Source of the DNA: the human T2T-CHM13v2.0 reference genome, Homo sapiens
Assembly: GCF_009914755.1 (NCBI RefSeq)
Contig: NC_060928.1
Direction: 5' to 3' (one strand)
Length of the DNA: 64,000 nt
This document shows positions 43,471 through 57,861 of this stretch, in pieces. The translations under genes were made by a program, and so were the position numbers. Position 1 is the stretch's first letter. The number at the start of each line of letters is the position of its first letter. The notes below the pieces were generated by a model. The model saw only the letters and a program-made list of their open reading frames with translations. It had not been told where the DNA came from and made no database searches.

Positions 43471-44120
43471 CCTCTCTGGATTTACAGATTTTATAGGATT
43501 TCAGTTTCTTTATCTATAAAATAAAAAGTTTATACAATTTCAAAGGCTACTTCCAATTTGAAAATTATGAAGACTCACAAGCAGGACACACTTTGTAAGA
43601 TTAAATATCTATATTAGAGACATGAACTAAGTTATGCATTATACAGAGTTTTATATTATATGTATGTTTTTTCACACATACCATGTCATAAAACATGGTA
43701 ATTATAAAACTTGGAGTTTGGGGGGTGGAAAACTCACTTGCTATTTAGGTGTGGTAGTCAAAGACATTATCAGACATTTCCTACATCTTTTTGAGGTTTT
43801 GGATAAAAATGCTACCCTTCCTTTTAGGAATCAAGAATTTAGATGATGTTCAAAGATGGGGAAATTTGCATATTATCCTTTTTTGTTGTTGTTGGGTGTC
43901 TGTATTCTTTCTAGTCATCAGGTCAACTTCACTATCATGTTAAAGTCCTTTTCTGGTATGTATTTTACAAATAGCACTGGGAACGTTTCTGGTAGAAAAT
44001 AGGGTAATGTTCTTGATATAGTGGGATCTGATTTAGCTCTTAAATCACTTATTTCAAGTAGAAGTTACATGTCACCAAGTCTTCAACTGAGGAGACTTTG
44101 TAAATTTTCTTCACGCTTTC

Positions 44121-44237
44121 TTTTTTTTAATTTTTTACTATACTTTAAGTTCTAGGGTACGTATGCACAACCTGCAGGTTTGTTACATATGTATACATGT
44201 GCCATGTTGGTGTGCTGCACCCACTAACTCATCATTT
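44121..44237 (-). mobile_element. Severely 5'-truncated young L1PA (~115 bp)
   Basis: T-tail + tatactttaagttctagggtac...gtttgttacatatgtatacatgtgccatgttggtgtgctgcaccca; TSD tttctttt at 44117-44124 and 44235-44242. Confidence 0.9.
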
Positions 44238-45387
44238 CTTTTACAGGTGACAGTGTCTACCACCTTGGATGTGGTTAGAAATACCCTGCAGCAATGAGAT
44301 TTTCTTTAGCCACTTAATCTTGCTGTGTAATATAATGACAGTTAATCCTTTTAAATCTTTTAAAACACTTTACAATGGGAAGACACAATGCATTTCTAGC
44401 TATGTGTTAATGCTGATTTCCCCATTGTTCAAAAACCTTTAGATGACTTCAATACATTAAAAATGAATAAAATTATTATTTTGAGAGCCCGTATTCTTAG
44501 AACTAGGCAAGATGAAGAATGAAGATCCAGAAATGTGATATCATGATTATTTTATATTGGAGGAATGTCTTTGGGGAGAGCTAACTTTGCTTTTGATTGG
44601 GTAATCTGGACATAGCTTATTCTCGGTGGAAGTGATGTAAAGTAGCTAAAGAAAAAAAGTGAAAAGGGTAAAATGGAAGAATTACTTAAAATCAAAATAA
44701 GATCAAGATAATAATTACATTGTTATCAGTTAAATATAGTACTTACACTATTAGGAGAAATGACCAGACTGAATGAAGGGTGAATATAGGTTTATTCAGA
44801 TGTGAATGTGCTGTCCAGGCCCACTATCCCATCGCAATTCAGTAAAATCATACTCTCAAAGGAGAGTGATTTGTTATATTTGTGAACAGGTGGCAGCTTC
44901 ATCTATTCAGAGACCAATTATGTAAAGCAGCATGAGAATAACCAGGGTGCCAATGTTGGCAGAGAGAGAGGGAGGGAGAGAGAAGAGAACAAATCTGTCA
45001 CATGTTACAAAAGCAATAGTGATTTAACTCTTGAACAAGGAAGATTCTTGAAAATAGAACCAGTGAAATAATTCCCTGCACAAGTGTCTATCATGTGAAA
45101 TCCCTCTGAGTACCCGGTAGTGATACTATTAGTGCAGGTAGTAGGAATGAAGCTTACCTCCATTATATTTCAATGATATTTTGCTTTAAAGTATGTTACT
45201 GGAACTCATTTTGAAGAATGCTGACCCTTAATATATTAGACTAGGTGTTAAAATTAGGAAAATACTAACAGATCAGAGCCCTGACTGCGTTGTACCTTCC
45301 TTATTTAGGGTTAAAACATAGTTCATCAGTAGCCCACCAAAGCTACTATTTATATGCGAATGTATCTGCTTAATAAATATTCACCAT

Positions 45388-45706
45388 TTATGTATGTATT
45401 TATTTATTTATTTATTTATTTATTTGAGACAGGGTCTGTGTCAACCAGGCTGGAGTGCAGTGGCTCAATCCTAGCTTGCTGCAGCTTCAAACTCCTGGGC
45501 CGAAGTGATCCTCCTGTCTCAGCCTCCTGAGTAGCTGGGACTACAGGTGCACATGCCACCACACTCAGCTAAATTTTATATTTTTTTTGTGGAGACAGAA
45601 GTCTCACTATTGTTCAGACTTGTCTCAAACTCCCGGTATCAGGAGATTCTCCTGCCTTGGCCTCTGGAAGTGTTGGGATCACAGACGTGAGCCGTCACAC
45701 TCAGCC
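45388..45706 (-). mobile_element. AluJ with a (TATT)n tail
   Basis: tatttatttatttgagacagggtct...gcagcttcaaactcctgggc..aagtgatcctcctg...gtgagccgtcacactcagcc. Confidence 0.9.
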
Positions 45707-47554
45707 AAATTTGCTTATTGAATTAATTACTTATCTCCTGGAAAAGTTGGGAGAAGAGCCGCTAGAGAAATAAGGAACAAGTTTAGTTTAATGTGTAGAT
45801 GGTACAATTATCAGAAAAGATGCTGGGAGATTGAGGAATTCCTAGGAAATAGGTGCAGGGTGAACAAATGAGACTTTGAGTGAAGCTGCCTTCAGTTAGA
45901 GGAAGAAGTCAACTGTTTCCCAGAGTCAACAATGACTGGATCTGCACACAACTAAAAAAAATCTTTCTATATTTTTTCTTGGTAAAGGCTGTTTATATTA
46001 AACTTTGTACGTTTTGGTGGGGAATTAATTTATTTCATTGTCTAATAATTTTCCCACAAGCCCAAAGCTGAGATGATGAAAAGCTACTATTATTTGTTAA
46101 GCCTGGAAATGACTTAAAGAATGGTAAACAAGTTAGAATTGTAAAGGTATTTAGATAATTGAGCTTTGACCTAACTTTTTTTTTTTCTAGTTGCAAAGCT
46201 TTCCTTCAGGAAGCAAAAATATGAGCAATGATCAAAACACTGTTTGTTGTGAATGTTGGGTAAATAATGAAGTTTCTCCATTTTGAAGAAAGTATTTATT
46301 TCAATATTTGTCTGGGATTCAAATTCTCTACTAAATATATTGGTTTCATACAGTCAGCATCACTGGATTTTGGCCAACATGACATGACCACATAGGATAT
46401 TTAAAATGTATCAGGAATCCTTCTGTTTGAGTTCATCTTGACTTTGCTGTGATGTTGTGTGTAATCATGAGCTTCTAGGTTTGGGAAAAAAATTGAGTTT
46501 CTCATGGAAAATTTTTTGTGACGTGAGCGCTATAATTGCAAACTTCTCTGATGACAAATAGTTTCTTCTGGCATTTGGGAATGAGGTACAGCTGAGTCTG
46601 GGAATAAACATCCAGGTGCACCTATCTAAACACGTCATTAGCCTGCCTGAGAAGTCTTCAGGGTGATCTGCATTAACTGAGTGTCTTTCTGTTGTAGCTA
46701 GTGTTGACTAGCTCCTTAAGGTCTTACGTGTCTTTAAGCTTAGGTTGATGGCCCCTGGTTAAATCTCCTTTACTATATAGATGTTTACACATCGTTTAGA
46801 TTATGGCCTACATTCAAGTTTAATTTGCCTGTCTCTGAATGAATCAAAATTTCTAACTATATTTGGCTTACATTTAGATGTATTTTTTGTAACTTCTGTT
46901 GTCTCAGCTTCATGTTTGCTTTTCCACGATGCTTACCAGAAGTCTCCCCATGTGGTTGTTTCTACATAATTCGGGATAAATCCCTAAGATCTATTAGAGA
47001 TATAGCAGAGGAAATGTACAGAATTGAGAATGTGAGAATAGAATGTTTTTCAGTTTTTAGAAGTTAGATTAGTCAGATAGGAATGATTAAAACAGCCTTT
47101 TTAATCTGCCTACAAAATTAGTTGGAGTGGAAAGCAAGCTAAAAACCTTTGGGGTTTGTAATATCTGTTAATTTAGTATTATTTATAAATTTAATTAAAG
47201 TGCTGCTTACCTTTTTAGGCAGATTTAAATACAATTAGGCTGTTCTCATCCCTCTGACAGCACCTAATTATCCCCTCATTTTTCATTACCTATTATTAAG
47301 CCTGCACTCCAGTTGTTTTTACCCATCGTTGATGGTTTAGACAATATGCCTTCTTTTTTTCAAGTCTTTTTTATCTTTCCATTATGTTCCATTTCAAATA
47401 ATTCATCTTTAGTTACATATGCCAATCTCCAGTCTACCAGTTTGTTAATATGCAGACCACGAATTCATTTGAATTCTGTGCATACTAGAAAACTATTCTA
47501 ATGCAAAAAACAAACAAACAAAAAAACCAGCAGCAAATACCTGTTATAAATATG

Positions 47555-47860
<306 letters not shown>

Positions 47861-48681
47861 CAAACTGTCTTAATGTCTCATGAAATACAATCAAGACCTC
47901 TGTACAGCTCAGGTTAGGTTGTCTAGCTGGAGTCTGTGACAGGCATGAACATTTAGATTTAACATACTCTCTTTTGTAAATACAAAGAATGACAATGAGT
48001 ATGTTGGTAAGAGAAAACTTTGCTAGGGATTTAAACATATTCAGGATTGCATGGATAATATTATATATGCTAACCCTTTTATCTTGTCAAGTAAGTTTTG
48101 TGCATATACAAATAACATTTTCCCATCATTCTATACATGAAAAGTATCTCTTTTCTTATACTATGGATACCCTTCCCTATAAAAATTAATTGCATGGAGA
48201 ATCCAAAACAGTCTTTTTCAACTTATTAGACAACAATGGAATATAAAAAGACATATATTACGGCATTTTTATCAGGAATAAAGGACAATTTCCACAAAGT
48301 AAAACAACAATTTTTCTCAAGCTGAGGAATCTCATTTATCAAAGAACCAAGGATCTAGTGAGCCATGAACTAAACATATCAATGTCTGAAAATTCAGTAA
48401 CTAGATCTATTTTAAAAATTACATAGTTAAAAAAATTACATTCTAGATGATATCCAGGATTTTTAAGCATACTATGATTTCTTACAGATCTGAACTATAG
48501 CTCACTTTCAAATTCAGTCTCATCTTCAAGTTGCCCTCCAAACACAAAATTTAACTGAACTCCATTACCCATTCATTTCTCATAATTATTTATAGCTGCA
48601 GATATGGGAGAGCACACATTTCCAATGTCTGCATTTCCACAATTTATACTTAGCCTCCTCTCCAACTTTTCATTTTTCTTT

Positions 48682-48967
48682 ATTTTCCTTTTTTTTTTAA
48701 ACAGAGTCTCACTCTGTCACCAGGCTGGAGTGAGTGCAGTGGCATGATCTCAGCTCACTGTAACCTCTGCCTCCCGGGTTCAAGGGATTCTCCTGCCTCA
48801 GCCTCCTGAGTAGCTGGGACTACACTACTAATATAATTTTTGTATATTTAGTAGAGATGGGGTTTCACCATGTTGGCCAGGATGGTCTCAATCTCTTGAC
48901 CTCATGATCCGCCTGCTTCTGCCTCACAAAGTGCTGGGATTACAGGAGGGAGCCACCACGCCCAGCC
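48682..48967 (-). mobile_element. AluSc-like
   Basis: ctgtcaccagg, ggccaggatggtctcaatctcttgacctcatgatc; TSD catttttcttt at 48671-48681 and 48968-48978; internal deletion with AT-rich filler at ~48825-48835. Confidence 0.92.
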
Positions 48968-51129
48968 CATTTTTCTTTTTTAACAGCAACAACTATAATA
49001 ACAATACCCCTCCATTATGGGAAAACATATACATATTGTGATATGGTATATATGTCTGTGGGGTACACACACACAGTGTCCTAAGATGTTTCTATTCATG
49101 AGCTTTTTTTGTGTATATATATTTCTTGCCCTTTTTTCACCAGACATCTAAAACTCTCAGAAAGTGAAAGACTGATTTAACAAATTATTTTATTTACTGC
49201 ACACTAGAGCTCCATCTCATAATTAAACACACTTTCAGTTCATTGAAATGAGACAATGCCTTTACTCAGTCTGGAGAGGATATACTATCATGGAAAGCAG
49301 CCAGTTGATTCTGCCAGAGAATTCTAACTCCACAGTCATTGGAAATTTCTCACATAGAGATACCAGTATCCCTGGTAAGGACAATGATGACCTGGCTTAA
49401 AAAAAAATGCTAGCTGTGATTGGTCAGATTTGGAATATATCAAGCTGTTTACAAATTGTTCTACTAATATATCTTCCATGAGTATAATTGGGAAGGAAGT
49501 TACGCAGGCTAATAGAAGTTTCCAGGATTTCCCTGTTCTCCTTTGTTTGGCCTTTGCCTCCATATTTATTATTTTTTTAGTTGCTCTGACTCCTGCCTAA
49601 GACTTTTTTTAAATGTAATTGAAAATTCTCAATGTGAAAATCTTGGATTGTTAGATTTGCTTCTAATTCCCTTTTTTAATTTACTTCTCTGTGTCAAGAT
49701 AAAATGAAATTATACATAATTGTATTTATGAAGTCTTTTATATTTTATTTTCTCACCCTAGGATTTACCTCCATTCTTCTTTCTGTAGTTTAAGATGATT
49801 ACACCCTTTTATTTTCCACAATCTCTCCCTTTTCTAGGCCAAAAGAACGATGCTTTTTCTTAAGTTGTTCATGAAATAATCACCCGTTCTTTACTATCAT
49901 TATATTAATAACAATAATTTCTATTTTTGCATCACTTAATATATATGAAGCTAAATGTTTTGTGTTACTTCCTTCAACCTCCAAAGTAACCCTTTCATGT
50001 GGACGCCGTTTTAAGATGGCAACACTGAGGCACAGAGCATAAGCCATCCACCCCACATTTTTGGTTGCTCTCCAATTCACCTATTCGTTGGTTCGATTTT
50101 TGCCAAAGCTCTCTTTTAAACAATGATTCTCTACCTCTGCAGCTGTCTGGGGCTCCTTTCCTTTGCTGGCTGTCCTCTATCTTTTTCCTGCACTGACTTT
50201 TCCTGACATGATTCTGTAGTTATGCTTAGTTCCTTCCAAATCCCCTTTCCACTTAACTGATGAGGTGCGTGTGTGTGTGTTTTGTTTTGTTTTGTTTTTC
50301 ATCTCATACATCCTCAGCATTATCTGGGTATCCACACTAAATCTGGAAGTACACAAGGCCCCATTTACAGGTGTGTTATTAGATCACAAGATAACTGGAA
50401 GCTGGGAAATTAGTCATAATGAGTGTTTCTGTCAGTAGAGGGCAGGAAAGCATGTTCCCTCCGTCATGATCAAGTTGATTACGACCGCCTGGAATTCTTG
50501 CTGGGACACAAGGCAAAAACAACAAATCATTATTTGATTCATCCTTTTGGCCAATTAGAGTTGTGTTCCACTGAAAATGTTTGTTATATATGAGTCTTCC
50601 CTCTTGTTTGGTAAATGGTGGGAATAGGGTGAAGAGAGGGGAAGTAAGTTCATTTTGTTGTCTTTCCCTTCCTCCAAACCTGGTGTGAAATTCCACTTGG
50701 CATAGTCTCTAAAGTTTGGCCCGAGTAGCACACACAATGATACATAGTGTATACAGGAAGCAAAATTCAACAGAGCACCTTTGGCTACCACCCATGCTTA
50801 TACAAAAGAGGAAATGGGCCATTATCCCACTCTCTACTTGCTGAACTTTGGCTACCATTGCTGTGAGGACAATATTTATCCTCATCTCACTTCATTCAAA
50901 CTACTGTATTGTTTTCAAGACACAGTGAGAGGCAACAGGAACAAGACCCAAGCAAAACAAAAACCTTACCTACCACAGCCAGACAGCAAGTAAGACTAAG
51001 AGAAAATAACTTTACTAAATCAGGTATACTTAAACCTTGCTGGCATTTGGAGACAAGGTAGTTTATAACACAGGAGTGGATAAACCACCAAGATTTACTT
51101 CCTCAAGGCATTTAAAGTTTCTCACATCC

Positions 51130-51320
51130 TAGGATTTATAAAGGGAAAGGACATTAGGAGTTGTCTAATTATTAGACAGTTTATCGATTTTACAGATGTT
51201 CAGAATACAGAAGTACAGAAATTCAGATTCAAAAGGATAAAATCCATTACTCAGTGCTAGGAGCTAACAAGAGACAGAAGCAAGACCTGGACCAGGGTCT
51301 CTGGATGCTGAGACTAACAT
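51130..51320 (-). mobile_element. MIR remnant
   Basis: aaagggaaaggacattaggag..tgtctaat...ttttacagatg...cagaagcaagacctggaccagggtctctgga. Confidence 0.45.
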
Positions 51321-51777
51321 CGTTCACACATCTTCCATGCTTCCATATTGCTCTCCAGAGTAAGTGACAGGCAGTCTGAGTAGCTACAGGATGTAGTCAC
51401 CTTTTGCTTATCCACATTTAACATATCCCATTAGTAAATTTTCTACCACAAAATTCTAATCCTGTGCTAATCTCCATGATGGGGCGCACATCATACCACC
51501 TCCAACCCCAACTAACATTATTTCATTGTAACAAAATATTATAATTAATATACTCTTTCAGCAGAAATACAGAAGGATTATTTCTGTCTGGAGGAAATTG
51601 AGGGAGCTCTCATGGAGTCTTTAGCTCAGGATTCAAGAAGAGAGGAAGTTTAACAGAATAAGAAAGAAGGGAAACATGAACTGAGTCAATATTTTGTGTG
51701 CTTAAAGTCTAGGACGATGGCCAGCCCATTGTAGGTGTTAATTAGAAAAAGGCAAGGTTGTAAAAAACTACCTTACT

Positions 51778-51965
51778 GGAGGAAGGGAAGAAAGGGGGAG
51801 AAATACAGACAGAGATAGGATTACTAAAGGGGGTGGAGGGAGAGAGAACATATGAGAGAGAGAGAAAGAAAAGAGAGAGGGGTGAAGAAAGAGGAGGAGG
51901 AGGAGGAGATGCAAGGGAGAAGAGAGGGAGGGGGAGGTCACTGAAGAGAGAAGACAAGAGAAACA
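51778..51965. repeat. Purine-rich (GA/GGA) low-complexity tract
   Basis: gagagagagaaagaaaagagagaggggtgaagaaagaggaggaggaggaggag. Confidence 0.8.
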
Positions 51966-52629
51966 ACAAAAAATCCAGAATGTTGTGGCAGAGGGAAAAA
52001 GCAGCTATTTCAATCATTGGTGACAGAATCACTCTTAGTGAGAAAACCGTATGGTTTATTAGTATATTTGTGTATTATCAAACATTTTGTTGGGTTACTT
52101 CAGTGTGAAATTATTGACTCTGTGAGACTAGTTTCTAGAAGGAGCTGGCATAACAGTATATTCAAAAGTAGGTATAGTTACACTGCCTTAAAAAGAGAGA
52201 AAAAAATCACAAGAGGTATTAGACAAGAAAAAATATCTTAGAGGAATCCAAAGTTTAATTTATATGATAAAGTCAATGGAGAACTGAGCAATGACAAAAA
52301 AATAGTATTGCAGTGACATTTCAGTTCTGTTTATATGTCTAACAATATTATAAAATGCAGCAATAACAATGACATCAAATTAGTATTATTTAAATTCCCA
52401 TATAACCAAAGACACTCAATCATATTTAGCTCACATCTAGGATTAGAAGGCAGAAAAACGTCATTCACATACTGAATGCTTGTACTATTGAATCACAACT
52501 ATAGTGTCTCATGTGCCTATGAGCAGCAAACAGTTGTTTCCGTGGGATTGTACAATACGGCATGATATGCAGGACTTTTAAAATCCATCATAATAAATTC
52601 TAACAGAAGCTCTTTGAATTTAAAACACT

Positions 52630-52790
52630 GTGTGCAAATAACCTTCTCTGTAACTCTTAGTTTATTTAACCACAAAATGAAGATTATAATGCTTACACGT
52701 TGCTTTTCTGAGAACTAAATCAAGTAAATTATGGGAAGCATCTTGTGCAATTCCTGGTATACACAGGGTATGTTCAAGTGTTTCCTCTTG
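52630..52790 (+). mobile_element. MIR remnant
   Basis: aaccttctctgtaactcttagtttatt....caaaatgaagattataatgcttac...gagaactaaat. Confidence 0.55.
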
Positions 52791-55011
52791 CCTGTCTAAT
52801 CTAAAAACTGATATTCATTTTTTTCCTATATGGAGAAAAACATAATACAAAAGACTCATGAAATTGTTACCTAGTAAATGTAGGCTGGAGAAGTATTCTT
52901 CAATCTTTAAGAAAATACAATCGTATCTAGTATTAAAAAAATCAATGCCAAACATCCAGCTAACTTGGTGCTGCATAAATCCTCAGGTTATTTTTCTGAA
53001 TGATCCCATAGTCATTGGGCACTAATGCAATTTTCTTTGTGACTAAGAAATTTTGCCCTTGAATTAATGCACCTAATCAGTGTAAGCAACTGCCAGGAGG
53101 GACAAACATAAGCAAATGTAAAGCCGGCAAAGTACCTGGTAACCCGATGTCGTAGCTTACCTCTCTTTCCAAATGAAATAGATTCTAAATACACGGGCTT
53201 ATATTGGCCTATTGCTCATTCTTTGTAAAATCGTGAGCAAGAAAGCACTAAAAATAGATTCAGATCCTATGTAGGAGGTTTCTCTGTTAAATGGATATTT
53301 CACAAAATGTTGGCTCCTCCCCATCTCTACTCCCCACCAAAAAAATAAAAAAATAAAAAGAATAAGAAAGCCTCCTCTGCTAATATTTACCTGAGTTTTT
53401 TTTTCTGACTATTAATTCAGCTTAGGTGAATGGAATGGATCATCAGCAGGTTAATGTCACACAAGGGCACTCTAGATCTCTGAATACACTTCCATCACTG
53501 TCAAGGAATAATAAATGCCCTCATGGAAAGTGACATTTTTGCTGTCTTGACTGTTTTTATTCTAAACTCAATTGTCTGAAGGACAGAAAAAGATTGTCTG
53601 ATTTCTCACTATGGGAGAACATGTAATGTTAAATATTTTATTGACAATTTTGTAGATTACATTTCTGGTTAGTTACCATTCTAAGAGAAACTAAACTCAT
53701 AATACCATGTGTGTCCATTGGATCAAGACCCCTGTAAAATTCATACCTCTTTTTATTTGTGTAAAGGTTTATAATGAAAAATCAATAATGGTAACAATAA
53801 CCATATTGAAAATGCTATACAACTAACCTAATAGGTTTTCTCCTCTGTATTTTTTCAAGTGTGAGTGATAGTGAAATAGTGTGTATGTGTTCAAATGCCT
53901 TGGTTTAGGCTTACTAAGCCTCCTCTAAACAAATAAGGTTGGAAAATGAGAGCCACGATAAATGTGAAAGAAAAAATGAAAGTTATTATTGATGGGATAG
54001 AGGAATTCAAAATATACCTTTTGGATCACGGTTTGACTTCCTGTTATCATTCTCGGAACTACTTAGATAAAGAAACACAGTCTTCCACATCTCACATAGC
54101 ATATGCCTCACTGCAAACCAGGACTAAACACCTTCTCTGTTAGAACCATTCAACTCGGAACCAATTAGTTCACTTTTTCTCCCAGAAGCAATACACCTCT
54201 ATTATGGGAAAGCTCCACTCTTGTTAGCATGATGTCTGCGCCACTTACAGCGTTCATGCTGGTCTCCAGCACCTTCTGCACCTCCGAGTTCCCTTTCCTA
54301 GTGCCGCACTATCCAGGATTACCCAATAAGTAAACTGTGCTATGCCAGGAGCAAGAGCAAAGCACGGGTACCATTTTTAAAATTTGATATTTGCTATTTC
54401 AAAAAAAATTAAAAAGTTTTATTTTTGGAAACATAAAATATTTGATGAATATGTTGAAAATTAGTTTGGGGTGAGTATTCACATTTAGTATTTTCAGGCC
54501 TTCATCTAGCCCAGTTCCTGCTCCTGAATGCTAGAGAAGCACTTGACTCCCTCACTTCAATCTTAAGTCCTATTCAGAACGCTCTGTTCTTTTGTTGACA
54601 CCCCATTGTATCCTCTTCCTAGCATGCAAGCCCTTCTGCCTCCCATTATTGCCTTTTAAAAAATTTACACTGGATTCCAGCTAATTAAAATAGAAAGATT
54701 TATTTGTATTATATTTTAATTAATTTTATATACGCATTGCTTGAAAAATACTTTCCTTCCTACATAGACATTTTTGAAACATTTCTCAATCAAATTTTAA
54801 AAATTTCCTAATAATGTAACTTCTGTGCATCCTTTTTCTTTAATGTGAAAAACATCAAGCCTGTTTTCTGACTTGTGTCTGGCCCAATGAATAAAACCAT
54901 GTTTGACTCTGCACTCTAATTAATGGAGTTCATTTTCCGGCCAGGTCTCTATTGGCAGCCCAGGATGGATCAGAGCCAAATTTCTGAGGTTGATTGTTCG
55001 TTGAGTATCCT

Positions 55012-55065
55012 ACACACACACACACACACACACGCTCACATACACACACTCATATACACACACAC
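55012..55065. repeat. Interrupted (CA)n microsatellite
   Basis: acacacacacacacacacacacgctcacatacacacactcatatacacacacac. Confidence 0.9.
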
Positions 55066-55309
55066 GGCATCAGAAAATTAGTTTTAAGGTGGTCGTATTG
55101 TAACAGCTTCGTTGCAAACGATAATTTCTTCCTTCCTGCTCTTCAAAAGCTCTACTTTAAGTTATATTTAGGAATAAAAACCTGCTCCTGAGCTCTCATG
55201 CACAGAGGAGATACTGAAAACTTGCAGTGTATCTCCTCTCACTTACCCAGATATTTGTTCTGAGTAATTTTGGACTAAACTGAAACCTTTAGATGGCAAG
55301 GAACAGGGT

Positions 55310-55535
55310 GGTGGTGAGGAGTGCAGGCTTAACAATGGACAACATTTGCTCATGATTCAACTGTTTTTAGCTATATGATGAGGGCTATTACTCAACCTCT
55401 ATAAATATTAGCTCTCCTATCTAAAAAATGGGAAAACTTTGGTGCCTACCGCATAATGCTGTTACATAGATTAAATGAGATATAGCAGTATCTAAGTACT
55501 TAATAAATAGTAGTTGATATTTTATTATTACTATT
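55310..55535 (+). mobile_element. MIR remnant
   Basis: gtggtgaggagtgcaggctt...ttactcaacctct...ctcctatctaaaaaatggg...agattaaatgagata...taataaatagtagtt. Confidence 0.65.
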
Positions 55536-56158
55536 ATAATTCCTGGTTTTTAGTGTTATCTTTATGATGAAGACAAGGACTATGATTAAGTGTGTACTGT
55601 TTTAACCTGGCTAAAAGCGATCATCAGTCCCATCTAACTTAGAGATATTTTAGCTGCCAGGATCTCTGAAATATTTATAGCAGCTAGGGGAATTCTACCC
55701 AGGCCTTCCAGGAGACAGGAGCACAGCTCCATGCATCTCTGACAGACACCATAGCCTAGAATGCTTTTTGTTGTTGTTAATTTGAGAAAAGTCTATGTCC
55801 TATTTAAGAACCAAAATATTTAATTTTTTTCTCTCAGCAAAAACATTTTAGAAATTTTACAAGGCAAAACATTTTTTTCTCTCAGCACAAATGTTTTAGG
55901 AATATTGCAGCTAAGTCAGGACTTTAGTAAATGCATTATTTTGAATCAGAATCAAAGATAATACATATTATTGGGGGAAAACACCTTAGGTAACCATATG
56001 GAACAGTGTTTCTGCAGCAACATGGACAAATGTATAAGCAAACTTGTATCCCTGAAAGCTTCCAAAGACACGGAATTCAGGTGATACATCTTCGGATACA
56101 ATGTTACGGAAGAATGGCTTGCCAGAGTTCAGTGTAGTCTTGTACACAAAAGTTTGGT

Positions 56159-56278
56159 GGCTGAGGCAGGAGAACTGCTTGAACCCTGGAGGCGGAGGTT
56201 GCAGTGAGCCAGGATTGTGCCGTTGGACTCCAGACTGGGCGATAGCGCGAGACTCCGTCTCAAAAAAAAAAAAAAAAA
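56159..56278 (+). mobile_element. 5'-truncated Alu (distal right arm only)
   Basis: ggctgaggcaggagaa...gagactccgtctc + pure A-tail; TSD aaaagtttgg at 56148-56157 and 56279-56288. Confidence 0.92.
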
Positions 56279-57559
56279 AAAAGTTTGGAATTAACACAAT
56301 ATACCAGGCAAAAGTTTCAAAATATATAGAAAGACTTCTAAGATGCACCATTGTAATTATTGGTCCTTCCCAGAGGGTACTCAAAACATAATCATGTGAA
56401 ATTGAATGCTCTTGAAATTTCTTTATCTTCAAAGTAAAGATTTGAAATGAGTCTTTTCTTATTTATTCTCACTGTTTTCCAAAATCCTTCTGTCTCTGGA
56501 GTATTAAATTTAAGGTTTTAAAATATCAAAAATATAGCATTTAATTATAAAATGATAAAAATAACTCGTTCTATTTCAAGCACAAACAACAGGACAAAAA
56601 AGAGAATGATCTGACTAAAATTAATCTTAAATTTCAGTGTGTAAACTCAAGAAACATGGCAAGAATTTACTTATTTTGAAGTCCTAAGCAACAAAATTTT
56701 TTAGTACTTAACTTCTTCCTCCCCTGCTTTCTTAACCACTAGCCAGAGTTCTGAAACTTAAGTACAATCAAGAGGTATATTTTAAATTTTATTCAAATTT
56801 GGAGACATTAGGAACTCCAAATTCTATCTTCCGTAATAAGTTTAATTCACTATCTCTTTCGGAAATTCCAGATATTGTAGCTAGAAACTAAACAACACAT
56901 TGAGATGTAAACTATTAACTCAGGAATGGTCATTTATAAAAAGTAATAAATAAAACAAAAATGAAGTACTAGGTTTTATGTATTTTAAAAGTTGGTCCAT
57001 ACTTTCAACCTAAAAGGAAAGGCTTGTACTTTAAAGAATCTGGTACTGATCAATAAACATTCATACTTTGCATGAATTACTGCCATCATTAATATTTTCA
57101 TTCTAATAAAAGAGATATTTAAACAGGTTTTATTTTTCTTAAGCAATAAGACATAGAGGTACTTGTCAAATCATACTGTGAAATAACTCATATCACTAAT
57201 CTAGGTCAGACTGAAAATCTTTAATAAAACAGTAACAACTCAAGATCATGGATTTGAAGAAGCAACATTTAACATTTGATAAAACTTGACATTTTGGCAT
57301 AGATAATAAGATTAAAAATACTTTTAAATTAGTCACTTTTCTTTCCAATAGCATCAGGAAATTGTCCTCCGTGGTGTCATCTCCACCTGCATCTGGACTT
57401 TAGGCCTCCAATCACATTTGGGAAAAAATCCATTTCCTTGATGCAATACTTTTCAGGCCTTGACAATATTAAAGTCCAATATTTTGGAAGAAAAAATGTC
57501 TTGTGAGTGGAGGTGAGGAAGAGTGGACATAACTGACATTTAAGATTTTCAAGTGTCAA

Positions 57560-57861
<302 letters not shown>

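Noticed and set aside
50900-51010. Splice-like signals on both strands (ttttcaag...caa|gtaaga; ttctcttag...tag|gtaagg)
   Set aside because: The predicted 70-nt and 26-nt exons are not frame-preserving, and such motifs occur by chance.
51742-52108. ORFs rich in E/R/G or L/S/P
   Set aside because: Translation of a GA-rich low-complexity tract.
55986-56432. 148-aa minus-strand ORF
   Set aside because: It reads through an antisense Alu and poly-T ([12 protein letters not shown]), has a non-ATG start, and the flanks resemble no protein I know.
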